Assembly (NCBI RefSeq): GCF_018350175.1
Contig: NC_058368.1
Coordinates: 92,320,001-92,384,000 of the forward strand
Direction of reading: 5' to 3'
DNA length: 64,000 nt
Source of the DNA: Felis catus
Taxonomy: Eukaryota
Shown: piece after piece, positions 49,491 through 62,147 of the stretch
Layout: every line of letters starts with the position of its first letter
Numbering within the stretch: the stretch's first letter is position 1
The notes under the pieces: generated by a model
Database searches by the model: none
Told to the model about the DNA's origin: nothing
Seen by the model: the letters and a program-made list of their open reading frames with translations, nothing else
Translations under genes and position numbers: made by a program

Positions 49491-51750
49491 GTTGGTCCCA
49501 GAAGAGGGCTCCGAGGAAGCCGACTCCAGGAGATTTCTGAAGTTGGATCACTTCCCAGGTGGCTGGCAGCGAGTTCCTCTCCCTGATGCCAGGTGAGGTA
49601 CTGAGAGTCTCTGCTGTGTCGGAGCAGTGCCCTTGTTTAGTGTGACTTGTGGGGAACTGGGAAGGGAGACAGGTGGAAAGGACACCCTGGCTTGTGTAGA
49701 GTCCTTGGCATTTGAGAGGTTCAGGAACATTTGTATTATAAGGACTGTTGCTGAATACTTCTCATGCTCACGGCACTTAATCCCTAACTCAGATGAAAGT
49801 GTGAGAGTCAGAGGGTGTCCGTGGCAGCATTTACAAAGGGATGATGGAATGAAAGACCAGGCACGGTACTTAATTACAAGAGTGACAGCACTTTGGAGAA
49901 GGCTGAATTCTCAGCGTGGACATGTCCTCTATGACAGGCGAGGTCCCTGTTGGAGAGAGGGCAGGACTCTGAGATCCGAGATGGAGATAGCTGGGTAGAG
50001 GTACTCAGGTACCTGAATTCCCAGATTCCTTGGAATTCTTAGAGCTGAAGGAGATTCCCTTGTTGGAAGATAGAGTCCCCCTGCTTGCTCAAATACCGTG
50101 GAGGAGCCACATAGGATAGAAGTGCCTGGAGGATGATACAGGCTCTCTCAGATCTGCTGCTTCTGTCTTCCTAGCCATGAGAACAGCTAAGGACAAGCCT
50201 CAGTGTGACCCAGTGGGGGAAAGGGTAGGTTTGCTAGTGGAGGGAGGTGGGTGTTAAATGCAAAAGGAGCTGCAAGACCTGTTGGAAACTAGGAGGGTGT
50301 GCTGGGGAGTGAATACTGAAGGACTGGATTAAGGGATATGGCATTTAAAGTTGCATAAGGGAGATTTTTGTTTTGTTTTTTTAAACTACAAGATATTCTT
50401 CTTTGATACACGATCCAACACCCTGGCAAGGACCTGGGAGGTAGGCCTACTACTCTGCTGGGTTAAGACTTGGAAGCTTGGAAAAAATTTTGGCCCCACT
50501 AAATAGGGTAGAGAAGCTGGGATTGTTGTGGCCGACCACGGAAGGTTTGCAGTGAAGCCTTTCCCTCAGCTCACAACTGTGACTTCATGGGAGGTCCCCT
50601 TCGATCAGCCTTTGAAGGTGGGAAAACCTGAGCTTCATTCTTGGATTGAGTAGGCCTGCTATATTTGGTGAGAGTGAAGATTTATTGCTGTCACATGTCG
50701 TCCCCATTCAGGGCTGGTTTTGATAAAGTGGTGTGGGGAAATAGTATCTGTGGACAGAGTTTTGGGCAGTGTACTTGGTCATCCACTGTGTGGAAGGACA
50801 AGTGGCCTAAGGCAAGGATATATATGGATTGATGAACAGTGGCAATGGCTTAGCAATAAGCAAGACTGAAAGGTAGCAGAAAAGGGATTTTTGAGAGGAG
50901 GCACATGGATGGATGTCTGGGTATGGATGTGAAATATGAATTACACAGGCTGGTATGCCACAGACAGCATCTCTTGGGGAATAGTCACTGACCAGGTAGA
51001 CACAATGACTCAGCCAGTTGATGTCAGCCAACCTTTGTTGTCGGCCACCCCAGTGCTTGTGCAGTGAACTTAGGAATGGAGTAATTATGGTGGGAGGGAT
51101 GAAGGCTAGGTATGGACCCATCAGCGTGGGGTCTCTCCATTTAGGCTTAGCTAGCTGCTGCTGAAGGGTTGACTTATCAACGAGAATCTGATGCTGACTT
51201 CCTGATACGGCAATACTCGTCAAGGTGAGCAAACAGCCACTAGGTGGTAAATTGATGAAACTGAACTGCTTCTACCCTGGAAAGAGCAAAATTTCATCAT
51301 GACTGGGACAGATACATATTCTGATTATGAGTATGACCTTTCCATCTTCAGCGCCTCAGTCAGAACCACTATTCAAGGGCTTAAAGAATGTTTGACTTGG
51401 GGCACGTGGGTGGCTCATTTGGTTAAGCGTCCAACTTCGGCTCAGGTCATGATCGCACGGTTTGTGAGTTTGAGCCCCATATCTGGCTCTCTGCTGTCAG
51501 CACAGAGCCCGCTTCACTCCTCTGTCCCTCTTTCTCTGCCCTTCCTAGCTCATGCTCTCACACTCTCAAAAATAAAATATTAAAAAAAAAAACAAAAACA
51601 AAAAGAATGTTTGACTCGCCAACACTGGATCCTGCATTATATCATGTAGGAGGACCAAAGGACATATTTTATAGAAAACAAGGTGTGCAGCAGGCATATG
51701 ACCATGGGATCCACACTTCATCCCATATCATGCAGAAGCTGCCAGACTGA
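49491..51750 (+). mobile_element. ERVL (HERV16-like) internal region: decayed gag, RNase H and integrase
   Basis: Pseudo-peptides SWEVPFDQ, RPHSGLVL, WTEFWAVYLVIH, KWPKARIY (RNase H); TGTDTYSDY...SASVRTTIQGLKECLT and HAEAARL (ERVL integrase GIDTYSGY...TTIRGLTECL...HPEAAGL). Confidence 0.9.
51399..51601 (+). mobile_element. Can-SINE nested in ERVL integrase
   Basis: TSD aaagaatgtttgact at 51383-51397 and 51602-51616. Confidence 0.95.
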
Positions 51751-52150
51751 AGTGTCAGTCAAGTCCTCCAGGAAATAGATGCTGAGAACGAGTAGGAGTA
51801 CAAGAAAATATTGGAAGTGGATATAATGCTTTTGAAAGTTTAAGTGGGGGGGGGGGGAGGATGAAGCAGAATTTGGTATGGAAAGCTTTCAGGCTATGAT
51901 GCAATCTGACATCTGTGAAAAAAGAAGAGAGGGAGCAGGACTGGGGATGGCCAGAAGCAGACCTCGATGTACACCTGACCAAGTCCACAGGGAGTCCCAG
52001 GGCAATGGTTGCCTTCTAGAGTCCCGCATTGGGCTGGTGGCAGCCAACTAAGAGTGTGGCCTTGAATCAAAAGCTGAGGCAAATCTTGAGGGTGCTATCA
52101 GCTGAGGGATGTCACCTAAATGCACTCCTTGAGGCTGAACAGCAAATCAA

Positions 52151-52205
52151 TCCTTCCTTCCTTCCTTCCTTCCTTCCTTCCTTCCTTCCTTCCTTCCTTC
52201 CTTCT
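52151..52205. repeat. (CCTT)n microsatellite
   Basis: Direct reading. Confidence 0.95.
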
Positions 52206-52216
52206 TCATTTTAGAG

Positions 52217-52387
52217 TTTATTTTTTTTTTTGAGGTTGGGAGGGAGGTAGGGGCAGAGAGAGGGAGAGAGAGAGAATCCCAGGCAGGCTCAGCACCATCA
52301 GGGTGGAGTCCAAGCCGTGGGGCTTGATCCCACGAACCGTGAGACCATGACCTGAACTGAAATCAAGAGTTGGATGCTCAACCGACT
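52217..52387 (-). mobile_element. Can-SINE (head truncated)
   Basis: SINE motifs. Confidence 0.9.
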
Positions 52388-52430
52388 TTCTTGACGGGAG
52401 GTTTGAGCGGCATACTTCTGCGGCTCTGAA

Positions 52431-53410
52431 GTTGACACCTTGTGTTCCGTGGCTCCACACGCTCTGGGAGCAGCTCCCTCAGCATTCTAGGGGCCTCTGT
52501 TCATGAGGGGAAACTTAGAAGGGGGAAGGTAGTGGGATGGTCAGTAGCCCTCACTGCTATAGCTGGTGCTGGGGCTGCCTCTGGCACGCATCATTTTCCT
52601 CCACTATCCATTCTAAATGCTCTTGTCTTCAGCTATCTCTGCCCTCTGATGTCCTTGGTGTTTTACCCCAACCCTCATTCTGGAGGGGTCTGAGTTCCTG
52701 ATAACTCTGTCTTCCTCAGGTTGGGCTGTTGCACTCGTCCATTTACGTTCACAACTGGACAAAGGAGTACCAAGAGATGCCCCGCGGATCCCCTGAATTC
52801 CACACATAGTCCTCCTTGTCTCCATCTCCGCCTGACAGTCAGGGTCCATCACCCCTGCCGGGGCGGTGACTGCTCTTCTAGCCTATTGTTCCTGGGACAT
52901 CAGGATTCCAAGTACCCCGAATGTAGTCTTAACTTGTAGTTCACTGAGACTTTGTTGTGTTCTCGATCTGTGGATCAGGACAGTTAACTCTGCAGAGCCC
53001 AGAGCTATGAGAACAGGAAGCATGAAATGCCTCAGAGGGACATTGGGAATGATGATAAGGGGGGAGTTATTTATTTTTTCAATGTTTATTTATTTTGAGA
53101 GAGAGAGCAGGGGAGGGACAGAAAGAGAGGGAGACAGAGAACCCCAAGTGGGCTCCAACTGTCAGCGTAGAGCCTGATGTAGGGCTTGAACTCATGAACT
53201 GTGGTATCATGACCTGAGCCAAAGTCATGAGTCGGTCACTTAACCGACTGAGCCACCCAGGTGCTCCAAATGGGGGCTATTTCTAATTCTTTGCCTTGGT
53301 TCCTGGATCCAGTAGTCTTCTTAGAGGTCTCTGATTCAGTGTGTATACCACATCCTCAAGATGGCACCTGTCTTCACTGAGTATTGCCTCTGGACTGGCA
53401 CTCCAGCTGA
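52431..53410 (-). mobile_element. ERVL internal 3' region (integrase C-terminal part and dUTPase-like), antisense
   Basis: Minus strand reads QLECQ...DVVYTLNQRPL...GSRNQG, then DPDCQAE and NSDPSRMRVGV (ERVL DPDYQ.E, SDPSGMRVWV). Confidence 0.85.
53068..53267 (-). mobile_element. Can-SINE nested in ERVL
   Basis: SINE motifs. Confidence 0.92.
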
Positions 53411-53587
53411 GGAGTACTGAGGATACTTAGCACCATGGAGGGCAGGGAGCAGAGGTCATGGTTGACGACAGTAGGTTTTAGGAAAAGACTGCGTACTGTG
53501 AATCAGGCTGCTGGTTTCTCTTCTCAGATACTGATAACAGGGAGGAGAGGGTAAGGTTTCCTGTTCAGATTAAAAAAAAAATGTCTA

Positions 53588-53795
53588 GGGGTGCTTGGGT
53601 GTTTCAGTTGGTTGAGTGTCTAACTTTGGCTCAGGTCGTGATCTCACAGTTCAGGTCCTGATCTCTATGTGAGTTCAAGCCCACACTGGGCTTGCTGCTG
53701 TCAGTGCAAAGCCTACTTCAGATCCTCTGCCTCCCTCTCTCTCTGCCCCCCTTCTGCTTGCACTGTCCCCCAAAATAAATAAATATTTAAAAAAA
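53588..53795 (+). mobile_element. Can-SINE
   Basis: TSD aaaaaaatgtc. Confidence 0.92.
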
Positions 53796-53879
53796 TGTCC
53801 ATATATTGATATTTGGGCATACCTCAGTAATGCCCAGTTCTCTGATGGTGGGGAGATCTTTTTAAAAATCAGATTATCT

Positions 53880-54098
53880 GGGGGCGGCTGGGTGGCTCAG
53901 TCGGTTGAGCGTCCAACTTCAGCTCAGGTCATGATCTCGCAGTTCACAAGTTCAAGTCACGCGTCAGTCTCTGTGCTACCAGCTCAGAGCCTGGAGCCTG
54001 CTTCAGATTCTGTGTCTCCCTCTGTCTCTGCTCCTAACCCACTCGTATTCTGTCTCTGTTTCTCTCAAAAAAAAACATTAAAAAATATTAAAAAAAAA
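53880..54098 (+). mobile_element. Can-SINE
   Basis: TSD aaaaatcagattatctg. Confidence 0.95.
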
Positions 54099-54443
54099 TC
54101 AGATTATCTGATTATATTCAAATATTTGAAAAATAATACTGGGAGGCATTTGATAGATACAATGGCATATGTGAAGAAAACTTCAGCATAGTACCTAGAA
54201 AACTAGCATAGTATTTAGAAAACTAAGGAAATTGTGTGTGTTTGTTTGTTTGTTTTTAATACCACCTACCAACTTCCGAATTCAATTATTTATTGTGTTT
54301 AGAGTCTCCTACTGTAATGTCAGAGCCAAGGGGCCAGGGATCTTTGGTCACACCTCTATTCTGTGTTTAGAATGGGAGCTGGTATACAGGGGAGTTTAAC
54401 AACAGGTGAGTGGGTGAACAAGAAAACAAAACAAGTTATTCTT

Positions 54444-54637
54444 GGGGCACTTGGGTGGCTTAGTCGGTTGAGAGTCCAACCTTGGTTTCTGCTTAGGTCA
54501 TGAGCTCACGGTTCATGCGATTGAGGCCCACATGGGGCTCTGCACTGAGCGTGGAGTCTGCTTGGGATTCTCCATCCGCCTCTCTCTCCTTTCCTCATCC
54601 CCCCTCTCAAAAGACATAAACATTGCCAAAAAGAAAA
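54444..54637 (+). mobile_element. Can-SINE
   Basis: SINE motifs. Confidence 0.9.
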
Positions 54638-55029
54638 CTATTCTTGTTTATACTATAGGAAACCAATATAATATAGGAGACCTTGTGTATAATAAAGAAA
54701 ACCAAACCCTATTGTAATGTGATTTAATAGTCATATAATACAGTATTATAAATCACAACATGATTTTCCTGTGTATAACAATATAGCAAGTAGCATAAAT
54801 ATGTAATTATAGTATGAAATATAAATATTTTATAACAAATGGATTTTGCTATAAAACATGAAAAACAACATTTCATTATAATATGAAATATAAATATTTT
54901 ATAACAAATAATTTACTGTTTGTAATTAATACATACTCATTAGATTGTGTTATGATTATATAATTAGCATAATATAATATTAGGTACTTTATTATGATAT
55001 ACTACATTTTTTAAATGAGTTCAGGATTT

Positions 55030-55064
55030 TTATATATATGTGTATGTGTGTATGTGTGTGTGTG

Positions 55065-55107
<43 letters not shown>

Positions 55108-55120
55108 TTGTATATACATA
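55030..55120. repeat. (TG)n(TA)n compound microsatellite
   Basis: Direct reading. Confidence 0.93.
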
Positions 55121-55121
55121 C

Positions 55122-55208
55122 AGGGTCTGCACCCAATGTGGGGCTTGAACTCATGACCCTGAGATCAAGAGTCGAATGCTTTACTGACTGAACCAGCCAG
55201 GTGCCCCC
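55122..55208 (-). mobile_element. Short Can-SINE
   Basis: SINE head motifs. Confidence 0.87.
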
Positions 55209-55244
55209 AACATACTATAATTTTAATTTTTTATAAAAAAAAAT

Positions 55245-55458
55245 TCTTATTAATGTTTATTTTACTTATTTTTGGAGAGAGAGAGGGAGAGTGCGTGTGC
55301 ACGAGCAAGGAAGGGCGGAAAGAGAGGGAGACAGAGGATCCAAAATAGACCTTGTGATGACAGCAGAGAGCTCCACACAGGGCTCAAACCCACGAACCAT
55401 GAGATCATGACATGAGCCCAAGTCAGAGGGTTAACTGACTGAGCCACCCAGGCGCCCC
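55245..55458 (-). mobile_element. Can-SINE
   Basis: SINE motifs. Confidence 0.92.
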
Positions 55459-55475
55459 ACTGCAATTTTATTTAT

Positions 55476-55703
55476 TTATAATTTTTTTAATGTTTATTTA
55501 CTTTTGGGGGAGGGAGAGAGAGAGAGAGAGCCAGAGCGTGAACGGGGGAGGGGGAGAGAGAGAGGGAGACACAGAATCTGAAGCAGGCTCCAGGCTCTGA
55601 GCTGTCAGCACAGAGCCCAATGTGGGGCTTGAACTCATGAACCATGAGATCATGACCTGAGCTGAAGTTGGACACTTAACCGACCAAGCCACCCAGGTGC
55701 CCC
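55476..55703 (-). mobile_element. Can-SINE (tandem with previous)
   Basis: SINE motifs. Confidence 0.94.
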
Positions 55704-56834
55704 TACAATTTTAGTTATAAAATAATTATAGAAATGTTTTATAATAAAGGAAACTAAATAATACTACACTACTTAATTTTGCAATACAATGTTTTTACCT
55801 AACTCGAAGAATATGAATGCCCACGATAGATTTCTACATAAGTTTTCACATTACTTGATGTGGAGGTTTGTGGAAAGGTGGCAGAAACTTAAGTGCTAAA
55901 TCATCATTTCCCATATTTGGAAGTCAGCAGACAACATCCAAAATTTTGAAGTGAGTAGATGGCAGAATAAACATATTATTTAGAAACACAGGAAAGCAAA
56001 TGCCAGAAGAGACACTTTGGGGCTGTTGAAACTGTTGGATTCTGGGAAGTGGACATTTGGGAAAGTGAGAGAGGGCTTTATTGGCCTTTTTGTGTGTTTT
56101 GTGTGTTTGATTCTTCAACTCTGCAACTGTATTACTTCGATAAAAATACCAATTAAGTAAATTGATTCTCTAAACAATTCATTTGAACAAGGTGCTCTGC
56201 AAAATTTGTGATCATCTCAGACTTATTTCTAGACTTCCCAATGACAGCGGAATCTGGTCATTGGAGTGGCTAATGCCTTCCATGCTTTCCAGGACCTTTC
56301 GGGTGTCAGTGCATATAGGGCAACTAGGTACTGAAGTACACGTTCTAGAAGGTGACCGTGCAGAGCTGAATATTTGACAGTGGCCTGTGAGCTGGGAAGA
56401 GCGTTTCCAGCAACCTTCACAGAAGTGCCGATATGTGTTTGTGGAATGTATATCCCCAGCTATGTCTGTGGCACAGGATCTGGTTTTCATCTTCATGACC
56501 CCCCATGGGGCGGTGGCTTGGAATATGGAAAGCCTTAATAAATAACTGTTGAGAGAGGTTGAATTATTTGATATATGCCGAGGAGTAAAATCTACCTTGA
56601 GCTTCTGTTTAGTCTTTTCAGTGTCAGTATGATCTCTTTAAAAATTTCATTTAGACTGTTGGGATACTGTGAGTCACATCCCTCCTGGAAAACTCCACTG
56701 TACTCTTGTCAGAAAATGAGAGTAAACAAGGCAGATAGCAGCTTAGGACTTTTATACAAATAATTTTGATCTTCTGGACTCCCTCATTGGATCTTGGGGG
56801 ATCCAGGGTCTAAGAAGCACATTTGAGAATCATG

Positions 56835-56916
56835 CTCAGTGCAGAGCCCAATGGGGGGCTTGATCCCATGACTTTGAGATCATGAACCTGAGCTGAAATC
56901 AAGAGTCAGATGCTCA
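56835..56916 (-). mobile_element. Can-SINE fragment
   Basis: ctgagctgaaatcaagagtcagatgctc. Confidence 0.8.
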
Positions 56917-56971
56917 CTGGCTATTCTTAGTGAAGGCTAATTAAAAGCTAAAACAAATATGACCATCAGCA

Positions 56972-57180
56972 GGGTGCCTGGGTGGCTCAGTTGGTTAAGC
57001 ATCGGACTTTGGTTCTGGTCATGATCTCGTGGATTGTGAGTTCAAGCCCTCTGAGTCCTAACAGCTCAGAGCCTGGAGTCTGCTTCAGATTCTGTCTCTC
57101 CCTCTCTCTCTGCCCTCCCCCACTCATGCTCTGTCTCTCTCAAAATTAAATAATCATTAAAAAAAACAAAAACAAAAACA
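56972..57180 (+). mobile_element. Can-SINE
   Basis: SINE motifs. Confidence 0.92.
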
Positions 57181-58373
57181 TGGCCATCATCTATAAAAGT
57201 AGCATGTGGGTGGAGCATAGGGAACCCAGATTGGCTGTCAGTTTAATTAGAATAAAAAAGCCTTGATTGATGAAAAAAATTCACTTATCATGATACATAT
57301 ATGGTAATAGAATATATTTAGTTAATATAATACAGTCCCCATACATGACGGTAAAGGGAAAGGAAGGAAGTCTTTTCAACAAAGAGCACAGTAGACACGT
57401 GGCTTGATGCACTTATTTTTAAAAGCATCTATGTATGGGCGGCTTGCTTGCAGGCAGTTATGATTATGCGGCTTGGAAATTACATTTTCCCCAACAAGTA
57501 AAAAGCACTTTCCACACTTAAAATTCTCACAGCAGAGTGCCAAAGGTTTTATGTCTCAGGAATTCTTAGGCATATTTTATAAACGGGAAAATAGGCGGAA
57601 AATAGACTGTGAGTGGGGAAACCCTAGTGTAGTTGAGTCAGAGGTTGTCTTTTGTTCTCCACAGCCTTGCTCAGTGTGCTTGAGAGCTTGGCCTGGCCCC
57701 TGCTGGGCACCTTCTATCAGCTCCTGAGTAAATGATCTTTGGTTCTGCTACTTTGTGTGATGCTTTCCCGATTTTCAGCTATAGGTTCTTCAGTCTTTTC
57801 CCCTTTGTGTTGTTTTCTTGGCATCTTTTCTTTTTTCTTTTTTTTTTTTTTTTTCCACTTTCTCTCTTCACTTTATTCCTGGCTCCCTGGAACACTTAAG
57901 CTTCATCCTGTCCCTGGTCCGTGATTGAAAGGTTGTATTTTATTTGGATTTTTGCTTGACTAAGGATCTTCCTTTGGACCACGTCCAGAGTAATGACATT
58001 GTCGTCAGATAGTCAACAGTGACCGTGCATAGCATGTTACTATTCTGAGGAAGGACAGAGGACAACTGGAGGGGTAGGTGACTCCCAAATGAGAGATGAG
58101 GTACTGAGTTGTGAAAAAAAAAAAGTGGCATATTTTCTGGTATCCCAGAGAAGGGATAATAGAGCTTCTGCAGTAGGTGCTATGGGGGCAAATATACCCG
58201 AAACCTAGCAGGAGACCCAGGTGAGAAAGATCCAGCTTCCTCTACATCCAAGGGCCAGAGAGAAATCATTCTTTCCTGGAAGTGATATGAGAGCAAATCG
58301 ATAAGGACAGATGTGCCCAGTTGTAGTGTATGTCTGCGAGTTCCCTCAATGATATGGCAGAGTAGATTGTATA

Positions 58374-58572
58374 ATTTATTTTGAGAGAGAGAGAGAGCGA
58401 GCGCACACAAGTAGGGGAGGAACAGAGAGAGAGGGAGAAAGAGAATCCCAAGCAGGCTCTGCTCTATTAGCACAGAGCCCGATGCGGGGCTCGAACTCAC
58501 GAACTGTGAGATCATGACCTGAGCCAAAATCAAGAGTCAGATGCTTAACTGACTGAGCCACCCAGGTGCCCC
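58374..58572 (-). mobile_element. Can-SINE
   Basis: TSD taga(t/c)tgtataa. Confidence 0.94.
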
Positions 58573-59298
58573 TAGACTGTATAACTTAAATAGCTGGTCC
58601 TGATGCTTTACCACCAGAGGATACAGATACAAGTAGAAGGGGAATGATAGCATGGTATTACAGGGAAGCTGTCCTGGGATGGGCTGTCTCCCTTTCCCTT
58701 CTGTGCCATAGCAGTTGAAAGACACCGAGTTCCAAATTCCATGGAGAGTTAAAGATGAATTAGACCAGGAAGTAGCCTGATTTTGTCTCAAGAATCCAAT
58801 GATCCTGCACTATTGTTGGCAGCAGATGATTTTGAGTGGAGCCTAAATGTGATTACCTTTTCTTGCTCCTGCAGATTACAGCTTTCAGTTGGCTCATGGA
58901 AACAGGAGTCATGGGGGAGCAGAGAATGCACACTGACAGCTGGACACTGCAGGGACCTCTGTTTTGTGGAGATCCCTCTATGTGAGTGTTACGCTGTGTC
59001 ATATGTTCAATATGTATTTCTACTGTAAAAAAGGACTAACATCATAGTAGCCTAATCTCAAGGGCTTGGTATTTCTGAATAGAATACATACAGTTCTAGA
59101 ACAACACTTGAATAGGAGCTCCTTTGAAGGTTTGCAAAGGTGACTGTAAAAGAGAAGAATGTAGGATTACATGCATTTTGTGACGGAATCTGTTTATGTG
59201 AATATATTGATTAATTTGTGTTCATGTATGGAAACAAAATCTATGCTCTTGAGAAACGCCAGCTTATATGTTCTATTTCTTTTAAAATGAGTTAGCAG

Positions 59299-59495
59299 AG
59301 GGGTGCCTGGGTAGCTCAGCGGGTTAAGCGTCTGTTAGTTTTGGCTCAGGTCCTGATCTCAAGGTTCATGAGTTCAAGCCCTGCGTCAGGCTGTGCTGAC
59401 AGCATGGAGCCTAGTTGGGGTTCTCTGTCTCCCTCTCTCTCTGCCCTTCCCCCATCTCTCAAAAATAAATAAACAAATAAGAGCAATAAAATAAA
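59299..59495 (+). mobile_element. Can-SINE
   Basis: SINE motifs. Confidence 0.92.
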
Positions 59496-60534
59496 GTCAG
59501 TCAGCAGGAGAGGTCCTGGCAATAGAATTCAGGTCATGATGTACAAGGGTGTATGTACATTAACAAATGTACAATAACTGCAGGTGTATACAGTGTCTGC
59601 CCTAATCTCCTCAGTGTCCATTTCATTGACCTGTGTACTATCTCCTTTGTGTTTTCTCTCTGGAAGCCCCTGAGGCTGTTGGAGATGGCTTTGCCTTAGT
59701 GCAAGGAGAGCAGGAAGTGGCTGGGAATCCAAGTGCCCCCAGAGCCATCCCTTACCTGGTGAAAGACAGGTGTGAGACGATAAATACTAAGAGTCTCTTG
59801 CTCCTGATGGGACAGTGGCTTACGGCATCTCCAGAGGTCCCCCCTCTTCCCCTGGGGGGTTGAGCAAATGCTACATTCTCTAAGACTTGACTTGAAATCT
59901 TGAAACCCTTGCATGGCTTCCTTCCTTATCCTGGCTCCTTTCTCCCCACTGCCCCTCCCCCCCCAACACACACACTCATCCATCAGTTTTACACAAATCT
60001 GCATCACACGCTCTGCCTCTGGGGAACCCGATCTCAGACACTTACCATATGGCGGAGGAATTGAAATGACAGAGCGGCAGGTTGTGGTATTATAATTCTT
60101 AGTAAGTTTCCATTCTCGGGCTTTTCTCTAATGACTGGTCCTGCTTCCTTCCCCTACAGAACTGCTGAATGGTCTTCTATAGGGTTTTCAGAGCAGTATG
60201 CATTAAGAAGGATTCATAGTGTATTTAAGTAAAGCTCCAGTTTTGCCTGTTAGCAGGTCATTTGCTAATAAATAAGAGACTAGTTCTTTTTATACTTAGG
60301 AAGGGAATTCCTTTTTAGCATTCAGATTCATGGATGCACTTTGTAAACAAATGACTTCCTATAACAGTTTATTTCAGTGGGTAGAAAGCAGCACTAAATA
60401 TATCTCTGGTATCTGCATAAATCTATAAATATAAGAGGGAGAGGAAAAATGAGAGATTGGGGGAAGGGCTGCTAATAATGACTGAGAATCTACCCCGTAG
60501 CAGACCTGCATAGATCATCTGCAGAGCAAGAGGG

Positions 60535-60600
60535 GGAGGAACTTGCCCCAAGGTCACGCAATTAGTGAACAGAAAGGTAGGCATTTAAACCCCAAACAGA
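60535..60600 (-). mobile_element. MIR core fragment
   Basis: aacttgccccaaggtcacgcaattagtgaacag...atttaaaccc. Confidence 0.6.
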
Positions 60601-61309
60601 ACAGAAGCGAGTGAAATTAAGCTCTTTTGTGGTTTTAGTCTTACCAGTTATGATAATTCTGCTGCTCTTATCTTCAGTCTTCTCGGTTTAATTGCCTCCA
60701 GCCCTGTTCTTTTCCATTCTCATTGCCAAGGGCCTATGTCAGGGCTCCAGGGACGGCTGCCACCTAGGCTATGCTTGCTCTCTTTGTAGTGTGCTGCGGT
60801 GTGTCTCTGTCCCCAGAACACAGCCGTGGTTCCCAATTCTTCCGTAAAATCAAGTATTTATTTATTTTTTGTATCATGGTCTGTAGGGACTCTCCATCAG
60901 CTGAAGGGAAGTCTTCCTTTTTGCCAGTTGCTTTCCTTGCCCGTTTTGCTCTGGCACACGCTTGGGCCAAAAGGATAAGCCAATTTCATACGAGTATCCG
61001 GAGGACAGGCCAATTTGCTTTTGAGTGATGCACAAGCCTTGGGCCTTGGCCTTGGGCCTTGGATACCCTCTCAATTCTTTTTTGCCTCCTGACTCTGCTG
61101 GAGGCTCAAGGGTTGATCCCTGTGCCCTTTCCATTAGATGTCCGCCAGGCTCCAGCATGCAAATCCTTACCAACAGAGAGAAGGCCAGGGTCTTTATCTG
61201 TCCAGTTTCCCACCTACTTGCGGACTGCTTCTTCCTACCCCACACATGCTGGGCTGAGCACCTTTGCCGCCCGTAGATGGCCCCACTCTGTATTTCCGTG
61301 TTGTGAATA

Positions 61310-61512
61310 TTTTTTTAAGGTTTGTTTGTTTATTTGAGAGAGAGCGCTAGGAGGGGAGGGGCAGAGACAGGGAGAGAGAGAGAGAATCCCAAGCAGGCTC
61401 TGCACTGTCAGCACAGAGCCTAACGTGGGGCTCGATCCCACGACCCTGGGATCGTGACCTGAGCCAAAACCAAGAGTCAGGTGCTTAACCAACTGAGCCA
61501 CCCTGGCGCCCC
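61310..61512 (-). mobile_element. Can-SINE
   Basis: SINE motifs. Confidence 0.93.
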
Positions 61513-61902
61513 TCCTGTTTTGACCATTTATACATCTCTTCATCATTTATTCTCCTCAGATCTCTTGGTCACACCTCCAGTTTTCCGTAGCTTTCTGCTG
61601 TTTTGGATAATTTTATGTTGAATTGAACTATCAGCCAGTTTAGAGCTTGCAACTGAAATGGCTTCAGAGATCATCTGACCCGATCCTCTTTTATTTAATT
61701 TGTCCAATTCATGATGTAAATCATTTCATAATTACAGAAGTCATGTAATTTTCAGTTCCAGAAACTTGGAAGACAGAAAAGGAGAAAACAGAGACAGAGA
61801 TGATGTGTAATGCTGGTGTCTAAGGCCAACTGCTACGAATACTTTGATGTTTATCTTTAATGAAATGCTGTTTATGCCTGTCATTTAAAAATATAGAATG
61901 AT

Positions 61903-62133
61903 GGGGCGCCTGGATGGCGCAGTCGGTTGAGCGTCCGACTTCAGCCAGGTCACGATCTCGCGGTCCGTGAGTTCGAGCCCCGCGTCGGGCTCTGGGCTGA
62001 TGGCTCAGAGCCTGGAGCCTGTTTCCGATTCTGTGTCTCCCTCTCTCTCTGCCCCTCCCCTGTTCATGCTCTGTCTCTCTCTGTCCCAAAAATAAATAAA
62101 CGTTGAAAAAAGAAAAAAAAAATTAAAAAAAAA
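61903..62133 (+). mobile_element. Young Can-SINE (stack copy 1)
   Basis: Near-consensus copy; flanked by atatagaatga. Confidence 0.96.
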
Positions 62134-62147
62134 TATATATAGAATGA

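Larger units (their letters stand above)
51751..52430 (-). mobile_element. ERVL 3' LTR (LTR16-like), antisense, split by (CCTT)n and a SINE
   Basis: Reverse complement ends tctcagcatctatttcctggaggacttgactgacact and contains the ttgcctcagct motif. Confidence 0.75.

Noticed and set aside
51299..51583. Domesticated integrase gene
   Set aside because: Only about 33 codons are ERVL integrase before the frame enters a SINE; flanking pol sequence is full of stops and frameshifts.
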